Both the position numbers and the translations under genes were made by a program. A stretch of DNA of 63,973 bases, the filler included, from Rhizaria sp. SCN 62-66 (lineage: Eukaryota): assembly GCA_001724265.1 (NCBI GenBank). It is 3 parts of 3 records of this genome, joined end to end, with 100 filler letters (N's around TTAATTAATTAA, not from the genome) between each part and the next. Parts side by side here need not be neighbours in the genome. Positions count along the whole stretch, not along the records: positions 1 to 27,601 come from MEDY01000400.1; 2 more parts are not named here. One strand, 5' to 3'. This document shows positions 12,440 through 24,700 of the stretch, piece by piece (position 1 is the stretch's first letter; every line of letters starts with the position of its first letter). The notes under the pieces are model-generated. The model was not told the DNA's origin and did no database searches. It was given only the letters and a program-made list of their open reading frames with translations.

Positions 12440-15400
12440 TGCTGCTGGTCCTCCTGCTGCGCTTTGCGAATGATGACGTCCGTCGAGATCAGCGGCGCGT
12501 AGCCGAGCGTCACGCCCAGCGCCTTGGCCTCCGCGCTCTCGGCCCTGCGCAGCGCCTGCTCCAGCACCGTGCCGAGCCCGTGCTCCAGCTCGCCCGCCCG
12601 CTCCAGCGCGAGCAACTCCGGCAGCGAGGCCCAGCGGTGCTCGGGAACGCTGGTCTCTTTGACCGTGAGGTCCAGCGTCGGCCAAGCGTCGCTGCCGCCG
12701 GACAGGTACGCCGGGAAGACGAGCGCGTTGCCGGCGTCGTCAACGGCCGAGGAGGCGTCCTTCTCGTGGCCCACCTCGAAGTGCGTCGCAAGCGTAAACT
12801 GGTAGCCGCGGACGTGCTCCTCGTCCTCCTTGCCGTCGCTCTGGCCCTGGCCCTGGCCCTGGCTCTGGCTCTGGCCCTGGCCCGCAGTGTGCGCGCCGCA
12901 GAGCGAGCTGCCCGGGGCAGCGCTGCCCGCGCTCTCGCGGGCGACGCGCGCAGCGATGCCCGCCGCGGAGTCCTGGCCCCACAACGCGCCGCCGGAGACC
13001 TGCGCGCAGGAAAAGTCCGTGACGAGCAGGCCGAATGCGGCGCGCGCGAGGCGCTGGCCCGCGAAGCCGACCGACTCGCAGCGCTCCAGGTGCGTGCGCG
13101 GCAGCTGCCACTTGTGCGCCGCGCTCGCACCCGCAGCGGAGGCCTTGGAGTGGTGGTGCGGCTTGACTAAGATCACCTTGGGCACGCGCGTGCTGTCGGT
13201 ATTGGGGGCAGCGACAGGGGTGGAGATGAGGGCCACCTGGACCGAGTGGTGGGGGTACGAGTGATCCGCACTGTCATCGCTCTCAGAAGCAGTGTTGTTG
13301 CTGTTGTCGGTGTTGTTGTTCACGGTCGTCTTAGGGATGGGCATGTAGGCGCCAGTGTAAGTACCCTGGTACTGAGACTGTGGCGCAACGACCGTGAGCG
13401 CGCTGACAGACGGGGGCGCGGCAGACGCGCCGCTAGCGACCGTGGCCACATTCTGCGCACAGTCACCGTCCCGGAGCGCGGCCAGTGGCGGCGCGAAGTC
13501 AAAAACGGTGAGGAAGTCGAGCGAGTCAAGCACGAGCCCGCTGTCGGGCTGCACCAGGGACAGGGGCACCCAGGCCGCGTTGCTACCCAGGGGGCGCTGG
13601 CCCAGCGCGCTCACAGCATTCGCACTCGCGCTAGAGCTAGAGCTAGAGCTAGAGCTGGAGCTAGAACTGGAGCTGGAGCTAGAGCTTGCGAGAAAGGCCT
13701 TGGTGTTCTCGCCCATAGTGGAGAGGCGGGGAACGGGCGACGCAAGCGCAGGAGTAAGCGCGGGCGGCGGCGAGAATGCGTTATCGTTGAGGTTCGCGGT
13801 GAGAATAAAGCGGAACGTGTGTGTGTCGCGCAGAGACGGGTAGTCCTCCACGGCCAACACACTCACGGACTCCAACATGCTGGGGTCAAACAGACTGACC
13901 GTCTTGGCAGCGGCTGTGGCCGTGGGGGAACACGGCGTGCTGGGCGAGTCACTCGCCGGCGAGCCCTGCCAACGGTCACTGGCCGCCGCCGCCGAGGTGG
14001 TGAACACGCGGCACTGCGCCAGCGCGCGGAGGGCAGCGCCGTGCAGGGTTTCTCCCGCGGCGACCGAGACTGATGGCGGGTACCAACGACGCGCACTCGC
14101 GCTCGCGCTCGCAGTGGCGGCGCTCGAGCTGGGACTGGGGCGGCTGGCGGAGCGCTGGGGCAGCGGCGAGAAGAGAGACACGGGCGCGCTCGCAGTGGCG
14201 GCGGCGGCCATGGCGGGCAGCAACGCCACCGGCAGCGACGTCTCCATCCACGACTGACCACAGTCGTCCTTGCCCGCGCTCGCCGCGTCCTTGGCGCGCG
14301 CGCCGGCGCCGATAATAGCGGGGCCGACATCCTGCAGCAGAACACAGCCGTTGTGAACTAGGACGAGGCTGGCGACGACCTTGGCGGCGCCCGCGGCGGC
14401 CGGCGTCGTGGCGCCGTCGGCCGGCAGCGCCGTGTAGAACTTCGCGGGCGCTGGCTGCGCGCACGTGCGCTGCGCGGCGGCCGCGGCGGCCGCGGCAGCA
14501 GCGGCTGAGGGCGCGAGCGGGCCCGGGGCGATGAGGTCCGCCCACTTGCCCGCGCGAGGCTGGCCCCATGCGCTCACGCGGACGGGGGCGAGGGCGGGGG
14601 CGGGAGTACTGAGGCTCTCGGGCGTGGCCACACTGTCGGGGGTGCGCACAGCCTCAGTCTGCGCGGCTGCGGCGGCTGCGGCAGCGGAGACAGGGTCGCT
14701 CGCAGCGTTGCTCATCGCCGTCGCGCTCTTCTTGCTGTGAGCGTCATCGTCATCAGCCATCTCAACAATCGCAGAAGTGGCGCCCTGAGAAGCAGCGTCG
14801 GCCTCTGCATTGGCGCCCTTGGGCACCGTCTCGGCCGCCGTCTCGGCCGCCGTCTCGGCCGCCGTCTGCGGGGGCAGGGCTTTGCCCCCCGCCATGAGAG
14901 CCTTGAGCGCAGCCTCCTGCTCCGCGGTCATGCGCCCTCCGCCGCCGGAGACAGCGCGCAGCAGGTCCGTGGCGCTGGCGCCGGCCGCGGCCGACAGCTG
15001 CACGCCCGCGCCCGAGCCGAGCTTCATTACCGACGCGCCGGGCGCCGCGCGCGCGGTTAACATGTCGGCGTTGCTCCTCGCACTCGTACTGGTACTGGCA
15101 CTGTTGCCGGCGGCTGCAGCGGCGGCGACGGCAGCGGCAGGGTCGGCATTGGGGGGCAGGTGGATGGTGCCGGCGCTACGGAAGCGAGGCTTGGCGCCGC
15201 TCGCAGCGCCAGCGGCAACGGCACTGGCGCCAGAGTTGGCAGCAGCGGCAGCGGCAACAGCAGCGGCAATGCTGCTGTTACCAACGGCACCCGGGGCAGC
15301 GGCAGCGGGGCGGGGGCTCATGCTGGCCGTGAGCGCGGCGGTCAGGCCCTCCTTGGCGTTGGCCTTAATGGGGGCCGAGACCGCGGGGTCGCTCAGAATG

Positions 15401-15919
15401 TCGGAGAAGGCGCTGGTGGCGTCCTTGGTGCGGTTCAGCTGGGCCAGGGCCTAGGGGCGCGAAAAGACAATACAGTGGATAGATCCACAGAGCAAAAGAG
15501 CTAGACAATGAGGTTTGGGGAACGTGTTTTATGCAATATCATACTAAGGACACGACCGTATCGATTTGGCGGCAATCTTAACGCATTCACTGTCAATCAG
15601 TCGATCGTAGGGAAGTAAAGTGTTGTACGATTGCACGTACCTGGGCGCGGCGGAGACGGAGCTTCTCGTGCTTAGCGTCCAGCGCAATGCCGGCGTCGCA
15701 CGACTCGAGCGCGAGGGATGACTGTGAGAGCTTGAGTTGCGCCATTGCGCGGTTAGAGTAGAGCGTGGTCAAGTCGGCAGTGGGGACAGGCGCGGGCGCG
15801 TTCGTGGTGGTCGTGCTAGTGTTGGCGAGAAGGGTGTTGATGACTTCGGTGTAGATAGTGATGGCCTCTTCATAGCGGCCCTGGGTAAAGGCAGCATTAC
15901 CGACCTCTTTGGTAGCCAT
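12322..15919 (-). CDS. TPR-repeat protein with two degenerate Nudix-like (NUDT18-like) domains and C-terminal polyQ, ~1135 aa
   Basis: Exons 15919-15641 and 15450-12322; intron GTACGT..TAG. TPR signature KEVGNAAFTQGRYEEAITIYTE..LYSNRAMAQLKL..ALESCDAGIALD. Nudix-like segments WYPPSVSVAAGETLHGAALRA..VLAVED..FRFILTA..AAWVPL and WQLPRTHLERCESVGFAGQRLA..HRWASLPEL. Ends TGA. Confidence 0.7.
12387..12447 (-). repeat. CAG/CAA microsatellite encoding polyglutamine
   Basis: (CTG)n run on the + strand, inside the TPR-Nudix CDS. Confidence 0.9.
13629..13685 (-). repeat. Hexamer repeat (GCTAGA/GCTGGA)n encoding polyserine
   Basis: Visible tandem hexamers; translates as a Ser run in the minus-strand CDS. 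Confidence 0.85.
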
Positions 15920-16596
15920 GATTGATGTTGACGACCTGGGAGGCTGGGCAGAGGTGGGTTCGAGAACGGGGAGTGTGGGAGACGAGCAGAGGAAAGTGCG
16001 TGAGGCAAAAGCAGCAATAGAGGAACAAATACAAATACTGTGGAGATGTAAATAATGAATATCATCCAAAATTGTGTTTATTGTGTGATAGCCTTAATAC
16101 AGTCGTGGTGACGATCAAATGGAAGAGATACGACTGGTCAAAATGTCTAAGGTCGTTCCAGAAGGATTGCCGCACATGATGACGAGGTGGCACAACTACC
16201 TGAAAGCATACCGAACGATCTCATCCTAATTAATGGGTGCCACTAGCTTTCCCGTGTTGTTTAACATGTTCTAGGACTTATGTTTGTAATTATTCCGCGA
16301 GAAACTACTTCTGTTTTGCTCTAGAATGTCTGTACGCCTCCCGCTTTCACTGTCTGGAGCGGACGCATGTTCATCCTTGCATATCAAGGCATATCGAGTC
16401 TGTATCAATCTCTACAGAGACGCGGTCTCTCCCGTGTATGGGATGGCGCCTTTCTGTTCATATATTTCACGAATACTACCTACCGTGAACATTATCAACT
16501 GTGACAGCCTTGTGAACCTTGCGCATCGCTCACATAACTCTCATTATCTCACGATTGTCCCAATCTGATTGCAACAACACGACAGCACTCAGCAAC

Positions 16597-17546
16597 ATGG
16601 CTGCACGCATTTCCTCTACCGTCAGGGCCGTGATCATGGACATTGAGGGCACTGTGGCCCCGATCTCGTTCGTTACCGAGGTTCTCTTTCCCTACGTCAC
16701 CAAGAACCTCCCCGCCTACCTCGACAAGACCTGGGACACCGCTGAGACCAAGGTACGCCTCATGCGCAAGCAAAGCAAACGCAGAGTATAATTTCCGCGT
16801 GTTTTATGTATCATGTATTCCGCCTTTACGTGCGAAACCTCTTTTCCTGCATGAATACTACCCCAAATCATCATGCTACCTCAAACTCACGCATTCCTCG
16901 TTTATCATCCATAAACCCTTGTTTCCGCGCTATGTAGGCCGACATCGCCGCGCTGATTGCCCAGTCCGAGGCCGACGCCGCGGCCGCCGTGCCTGGCCTC
17001 GTGCCCATTCCGGCCGCCGCCGTCGCGGACCCGGACTCCAGCGTGCTGAAGTCGGCTGTGCTGGCCAACGTCGCCTGGCAGATGGCGCTGAACCGCAAGA
17101 TGGGCGCGCTTAAGGGGCTCCAGGGCCACGTCTGGCGCGACGCATTCACCTCGGGCGCAGTCAAGGGCGCGATCTACGACGACGTCGCCGCCAAGATGCG
17201 AGAATGGCATGAGGTGGGCGTGGTGAAGCAGTACATCTACTCCTCGGGCTCGGTCGAGGCGCAGAAGCTCGTCTTCGGGCACTCGGTGCACGGTGACCTC
17301 ACTCCGCTGCTGGCGGGCTACTACGACACGGCCGTGGGGCACAAGCGCGAGCGCGCGGCGTACGACGCCATCCTGCGCGACCTCGGGCTGGCGGGCCACG
17401 AGGCCGTGTTCCTGACCGACATCTACGAGGAGGCAGTCGCGGCGGACCAGGCCGGGATCAAGACCGTGCTGCTGCTGCGCGAGGGCAACGCGCCGCTGCC
17501 CGAAGACAACGCGTTCCCCACGGCCACGAGTTTTGACATCCTCTGA
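16597..17546 (+). CDS. ENOPH1: Enolase-phosphatase E1 (HAD family, methionine salvage), 254 aa
   Basis: Exons 16597-16752 and 16938-17546; intron GTACGC..TAG. Motifs DIEGT, ISFVTEVLFPY, LKGLQGHVW, YIYSSGSVEAQKLVFGHS, FLTD..EAVAA. Ends TGA. Confidence 0.93.
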
Positions 17547-17755
17547 GTGAGTGCGCTCTGAGAGGACACGTCCGTCGTGTGATGATGTGATCATAGGTTT
17601 GTGCTCGTGTGAAGTTGTGGGTCTATTTATCGAGTGTTCTTTGAGTGAAGCTAGCCTTAGTTACAACGTTGTTGTCGGGTCAGAGAGCACACTTGATGTG
17701 TGATAACTGAGACTGAATTACTGGTACAACCGACAATTCATAATATCAGAGACAC

Positions 17756-17830
17756 AGTATATAATTCGAATTATATACTTGGTTATTATTGTTTTCATAG
17801 AAAAAGAGAGTCTGTGTTCACAAGAAAACG
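17756..17830. repeat. Perfect 24-bp palindrome followed by a diverged copy of the dispersed repeat's 5' part
   Basis: AGTATATAATTCGAATTATATACT (17756-17779) is its own reverse complement. The following TTATTATTGTTTTCATAGAAAAAGAGAGTCTGTGTTCACAAGAAAACG resembles 55414-55462. Confidence 0.65.
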
Positions 17831-18755
17831 AAGTGTGTGGTTATACACGACCTCACTCCGCTTTCTAGGGGTCTCTATGGGGGTCGACCTTGGAGTTATG
17901 AAACAGTCAATGCACCAAAATACACACAAACAATTATAACAGTGAAATTTAAGTGTGGCTTCATACTAGATTCTTAAGAATCGATCGCTAAGCCCATGAA
18001 AATAAGTTGAAAAGATTCTTCCTCGATGACGACACCAAGGAGACAAAATCACGTCAGTTGACGTCTTTCAAGCGCACTCCGCGTGAGTGACAAGAACGTG
18101 AATTTTCGTTGTATTCTAAGAGTAAAGTTGGTTCCGTATCTAATTGTTCTGTACAATATGATGTTTTTATCAACATTCTTGAGTGAACTTACGCAGCGCG
18201 ACGCCTGTGCTGTGATTTAGTCCCCGAAAGTAGTTGCAGCGCGCCGGCACACACAGCCGCCCTCTCCACATTTTTATGTGTCGTTTCTACATCGACAGGA
18301 ACAGAAATCATGGCTGAATACGAGTGCATCATATTTTACTCAGCTGAATAGGTGTGGATATAATGTTTTGTCTCTAAAAACCTTTAATGCGACCCGTCAA
18401 GATCCATCTCCGTGCTCATCCTCAAACGGACTCTCCCTAATTTTTTTCACGTTGACGCAAACGTCCTTGTGTGATTTGCCTCTTCACAATCTCAAGGTCT
18501 CTTTGCCCACATTGTGGCGCGACGTGTTGCCCTGTTTGTGTGTGGCTCCCTCCCACCAACGCAATCACGCTCGCTCGCTTTGAGCCCCTCCTTCGCAGCA
18601 ACGGCGCGCCGCCCCGCCCGTCGCCCTCCTGCCGTGCACCCTGCTGCTGCGCCGAGTAAGTAACTCTCGCGAGTCCAACGCACCAGCGCGCGCCCTGCCT
18701 CGCTCTTTTTCTTCACACTTTCCACGCTGCAGGCGCCCGCTTCCGCCAGTGCACG

Positions 18756-21700
18756 ATGCTCGTTCGTCTTTTCCGACGGTCACTCACGCCAGACTGTAGT
18801 GGCCATGGCGAGCGCCACACCAGCAGCGGTGTTCGCTCCTCCTCATTCACCCTCCTCGCGGTGACTCTGCTGTTGCTCTCGCTTCTGGTCAGCCTGGCGC
18901 CGGCCGAGGCCAACTCTTTTCTCGTGTCCCCCGCGGCGTCGGCGTCGGCGTCGACGGTGACAGTGGTGTTCACCATTGACTCGTTCGCCTACGGCTACAT
19001 TTACCTCATCCTGCTCTCGCACAATACGAGCGCGTCAGTGCCAGTTTTTATGCCGAAGACGCTCCGCAACTGCCGCCCCACCGACTCGTTGTCGGGGCTT
19101 GCCATTCAGGGCAATGGCTACGATGTTAATAGGGACACTGTGTCTGTGACGGGCTCAGCGAGTGCCACCAACGTGTCGGTCTCGTGCCAAGTCACGCTCG
19201 CGGCCGAGTACAGCTCCTCCCCGCTCTCCGGCATCATGGAAGTATTCGAGGGCCCATTTACACAGGGCACAACGACGAGCACGGTCACTATGACGGGTTC
19301 GCACTAGCTCTCGTTCGCCACCGACAACACTATCTACTACGACGATCCGTTCGTCAACACTGTAGACGTGATGCGCATTTCGCTCCGCTACTCCGGCAGT
19401 CTATCCCGGTCTATGGAGACGTACGGCGCCTCGTATCTCATCATCTCCACATCCTCGGTGTACACGTTCGACTCCGAAGTCCGCTGCTACTTTGACTACG
19501 GGACCAACTTTGGCGGCACTGTAGAGCTGACGTTTAGCTCGCTTCAAACTCCTAAAAACATCATATTTCAGATCCCCGTTCCTTCTGTCACGCTCCCCGA
19601 TGGCCTCGATCTTCCCCTGCGCTGCAACGCCCCCTGGCGCGTCAGCAATCCCTCACAAGTCTTCCCGCAAATCACATTGCAGTTCACTCTGAGGCTCGGC
19701 ACTGCATTCGACCTCTTCCTTTCCAACGCGATCACGCAGCAGATGTTTGACGCACCCTGGGACCCGAAGTCGAATCTGAGTTTTTTGGGGGTTTCCTGGG
19801 TGGAACTGCCAGGAATAGGGCTGCGGGGCGCTGCCGGCGGCTACCTGAGTTTCGGACTGCTTGACGGCTCGAGGGGCAAGTACTACCGTGGCAATCGCAA
19901 CGCCTACTGCTCGGTCTCAGTGTCATCGGTGAATCATGAAAACGCTGCAGACTTGTCGATCGCGCTGAGCCCTGAACTCACACAGGAGTCACTCATCACG
20001 AACTCGCTGTGTAAGATCCCCACGGATAGTATCACTATCTACGGAGGCGGCAATGTCACCGCAAACACTGCCGTCATCACAATCGGTCTCCACTTCCCCG
20101 ACCTTCCGTCGCACCTGATCGCGACTGGCCTCATCGATGCCACGGGCGCCATGTACCGGACCTTCACCATCAACACAACCTCCACAATGCAAGCCACAAC
20201 CACGGCGACCAAGATCCCTAACGCCATCACGGCTTTCACCAACGCCGATGACCTCGCCCCGCGCCGCAACTTCCGCTCGTTCGCCGCGCCTCTACTGGAC
20301 CCGCTGGACTGGTACAGCTTCAACCCGCAATTCCCACTCTCGTCCTCGATCGGGCGCCGCCACCCGCGGCCGCGACCGCGCACTCTGCAGGCCATCGCGG
20401 CGGCAGCCTCGGCCTCGCAGGTCGCCAGCAGCGTCGCCGGCGACTTCCCAAGGTCGGGCCAGTACATCTTCTGGTTTGGCGGCCAGGCGGTGCCCGAGTA
20501 TCCCGAGGAGGCCACGCTGCCGATCCTGCTCTCGGATCTGTGGATGTTCGACGTGCTGGGCAACCTCACTACGCTGTTGCACGGCGACCCGGCCGAGACG
20601 TCCACCACGGCCCGCGGCGCCACTTCGCCCGTCGTCGGCGACTACAACGCCATCAACCGCCCCGGCGCGCGCCACAGCGCGTCGCTGGCCTACGACGCCG
20701 CGATGCGCGTGCTGTGGCTCTACGGCGGCGCCTACTACTCGCTTACCAACACGTGGGAGTCGGCGCAGGTCCTGTACGAAGACCTCTGGTCCTTCAGCCT
20801 CGACAAGCTGCAGTGGGCGTGGTGGCACGGCTCCACCGCGCCCGTACCGCGCTCTGGGGCAGCCGTGCCGTACGGCACTCGTCCCCCGGCGCTGGCCGCG
20901 GCCGCAATTGCGGCTTACAACAACACCGTGGTGCTCTATGGCGGCTACGCGCTCGCATCGCAGTCGAGCTCTTCTGCCTTCAACGTGTTGTCGGAAACGG
21001 ACCTGGTGTACTCGTACCAAGTCATGACCCAGATGTGGCAGTTCCGCTACGGCACCGCGAATTCGTCTGACAACGCCCTCCCGGTCAAGAGCTCCGGCAG
21101 CACCGCGCCCGGCGCGCGCGCCTACGCCCAGCTGGTGTGGCGCACGCACGCTACGGCCAGCATCGCCAAGCTCGTCATGTACGGCGGCGTGCTCGCGCCC
21201 GCGCGCGCCGCGGCCGCCGTCACGGAGGCGACCACCAGCGCCAACTCGGCGACGCCCGAGACGGACTCTGCCGTGCTGGCGGGGTTGTGGGAGATGACGC
21301 TGGGCAGCCCCAGCTTGTGGACGCGGCTCGACACGGCGCCGCCGCTCGCCACGGCAGGCAACCGTGGGCAGCCGCGGTCGCTGCTTGCTGCCGGCGCGCA
21401 CCCGGGCGGCCGCGTGTTCCACGCCATGAACATTGCGTCCAACGGCGACGTGTACCTCTACGGCGGCCGCGGACACGCCGCTGGGTTCCACGTAGGCTCC
21501 GGCGCGGGGACAGTCGCGGACCTCGACGCACTGCCTGTCGTCACGCCCTTCATGATGCCTCTCAAGGGTCGCTTTTTGAACCAGGGGTCTTCCGCAGAGG
21601 TTAGCTACCACGCATTTCTATACACTGCGGCGGAGCTTACCTCTGCAGGGTGTCAGGAACGGATTGCGCTGTCCAGGTTTGATGTCATGTTGCAGCTCCA

Positions 21701-24700
21701 CCTGAACGCGTCCCTTTCACCGGCCGGCACATTCTCGACTACGAATTTTAAGGTGAGGACTTTGTTGATCAAGACAGGCCTTTCGGACTTCAACGATGCG
21801 AGTGCGTCATTTTTCGATGAAATTGAGGCGCAGGTGTTAAAGCAGCCAGTCGTTATTTTGGATGCGAAGAAGTGGTCGATCGGTAATTTTATGGCCATCA
21901 ATGCTCCTTTCCAGAGTCTTTACAACGGTGATTCAAGCTCTGCGCCCACAGGTCAAGATCGTGTGATGCTTGTGTTGCGCATTGAGTACGACTTCGTGGG
22001 AACGTTTAACTCTCTCACTGAGACCGTGTTTGGACTGTCGATGTACGACACCGGAATCAACAGCAGTATGTCACTGCTAGTAAATGGTATCACGAGCTCA
22101 GGTACGCCGTTGAAACGACACGAACATGAAACCCAGTCAGGCGTGAAATTAAATCGCTGCAACATGTTGCAAGTTTTTTTTATTCGGGTACTTTGATTTC
22201 ATGAGACGATATTCTTTCGACTTACATTTCCCTGCATTACGTATCTGTGTCTTCTTCTCTCTTTCCTCACAATTGTTTGCTCTTAGGTACCGTCAATCCG
22301 AACTTCTCCAAGTACTCCCTGCGTCCCGTCCTTGTCCTGCGCTCCCCTCTGCCCGCACACCCGCTAACGCAGCCGCTGATGTCGCAGTCCGTGTACTCTA
22401 GCCCTCAGCTCGACGATATGTGGCTCTTCGAGACGTCCAGCTCCGCCTGGAAGCTCATGCGTGCGTTTGTGGCCCCCATGATGCGGTACCACTCCAAAAC
22501 CTCACAGCGCTCCAACTCGCCCGGCGTCGCCACGTGGCACTGGCCCGGTGCGCGCCTCAGTGCGGCGCTCGCAGTGCCCACTACGGGCTACATCGGCAAC
22601 GCGCACTCGGACGCGAGCGTCTTTGTCTACGGCGGATACGCCGTGCAGCCGACGTCACAGAACGACCGCTTGTTCCTCCAAGACGTGACCAAGCAGATGA
22701 CGACGGACCAGTACGCGCGCGTCTCGCTCTACGACGACCTGTGGGTGATTGACGCCGAGATGACGTGCATTGACTCGGCCGCGCCGAGCGCCAGAGAGTG
22801 CGTCGGCACCACGTTCACGTCCAGTCGCAGCCGCATGACGCCCTGGATCAGCTCGCTGTCGGTTGCGTACGACGAACCCACGCTCGCCTCGCTCTCGGCC
22901 TCCAACGGCAACACGTGCCCCGCGGGAGGCAGCGCGCAGTCGTGTAACGACAATGGTGAGTGCATCGGTGGTGGTGGCTCCAATTTCTGTCTTTGTAATG
23001 CATACACGTTTGGTGCACACTGCAACGCGTCGCTGAGTTCACCCTTGATCCGCAAGTTCCAAATGCAGCACGGTGTAGTCACCGTCACATCGTACTCTCC
23101 CATGGTGAACCCGTTCGCCGCGCTTACGGTGCGACCCAGGACCGGCGAAGTGTGGGCTTATGGCGGTATTTGGAGTGATCCGACGACGACGCCCACGATC
23201 CATGCGACATCCGGGCTTTCAACAATTAACGTTGCCCTTTCCACAATGAGTATCTACTCGCGTCAGGCTATCTTTGCTTCTTATCACGCGTTCGATCAAG
23301 CTCTGGTTCCCACCCTTAATAGTAGCCTCCTTTACGCCAGTGCCAGCGCCCCACCGCCCTCTATCGACTCACACGCGTGGTTCACCGCCCGCGACGACTT
23401 GCTGTACCTTTACGCCGAGTCCTTCGTCGCGCCGCCCGGCATTTGGGTCTTCAACATCTCTGATACTACTTGGGCGACTGCCGGGTTTGACCACCTCGCA
23501 TCGAACGCCTCGTACCCTTGGGGACCCGGCTCTTACATCGGCTTCTCCCTCGAAGACGGCCAGTATGACGTTCAGAACCACCCAGGCGCGCGACAGGGCT
23601 TTGCGCGCGCGTCCTACACCCCCACTGGCACGATGGACCCGCAATCGATGTTCTGTATCTACTCGGGCGCGCAGATGTACTTCGCATACACCACAGGCGA
23701 TGCCTACAACACCGACCTCTGGTGCCTCAACACCGACCCAAGCCCTCGGTGGGCGCGCTTGAACGGCGAAACCAACGTGGCGGCCGCAGACTACCCGCCC
23801 GTGTTCCAGGCCGCGGGCACGTTCCACAGCGACAACACGCCCGGCTCGCGCGTCGGCGCTAGCATGACCTTTTCGTACGACGGCCGCTACCTGTACCTCT
23901 TCGGCGGCTCGCTCTATGGTCCCCCGAGCACGACCCAGTTCCCCAAGCCCGCGCTGATGGCCGACCTCTGGGTGTTTTCCTTTGCGCTCAAAAAGTGGGC
24001 TTATCTGTCGGGCCCCACGACGTACGTGCAGCGGAACTCCCCGTTCGCGCGCAGCGTCACCGTCACCCCGGGCTCTGCCACGCGGCTGCAGTACCCGGGC
24101 GCGCGTATGCACGCCGCCATGTCCGCTGACGCCGACGGGCTCGTGTACATCGCGTACGGCCAGCGCATCTACCGCCCCTCGGAGTCAATTCTGGAGCCGA
24201 CGGTGTTCGCTGTGTTTGCGGAGCAGTTGCACAACAGCTCCTGGGCCCCGCCGGAGCATGTGCTGTACGCGCACGCCACGCACGCCGTGGGCACCGCGTC
24301 TGCACCGTGGATCTGGCTTGAAAACCCCACGACCTCCAATGACCCTGTGCATGACTACACATGGGAGGCTGCGTCGGACTCGATCGGTCGCATTGGCACG
24401 AAGCTGTTTTTCCTGCCAAACGTGCTTAGCAACATTGATAGTGAGTTTACGCGCCCATCTGCGATGATGATGCGCGCGGCTGGGTTTATCTACAAGGCTG
24501 GCCACACTGGCGTTGGCGGTCACAAGGATGCATTCCCCTATTTCTCGTTTTCAGACTTTTCCATGAATGATGACCAGTCCGTTGTCGTTGCGCTGACGAC
24601 GCCGTGCAGTCGCAACCCATGTGTAAACGGCGGCACGTGTAGCCTCTGCAACAAAGCGTCGTGCGCTAAATCAGATGCGAAGTTCAACGTCGGCATCACA

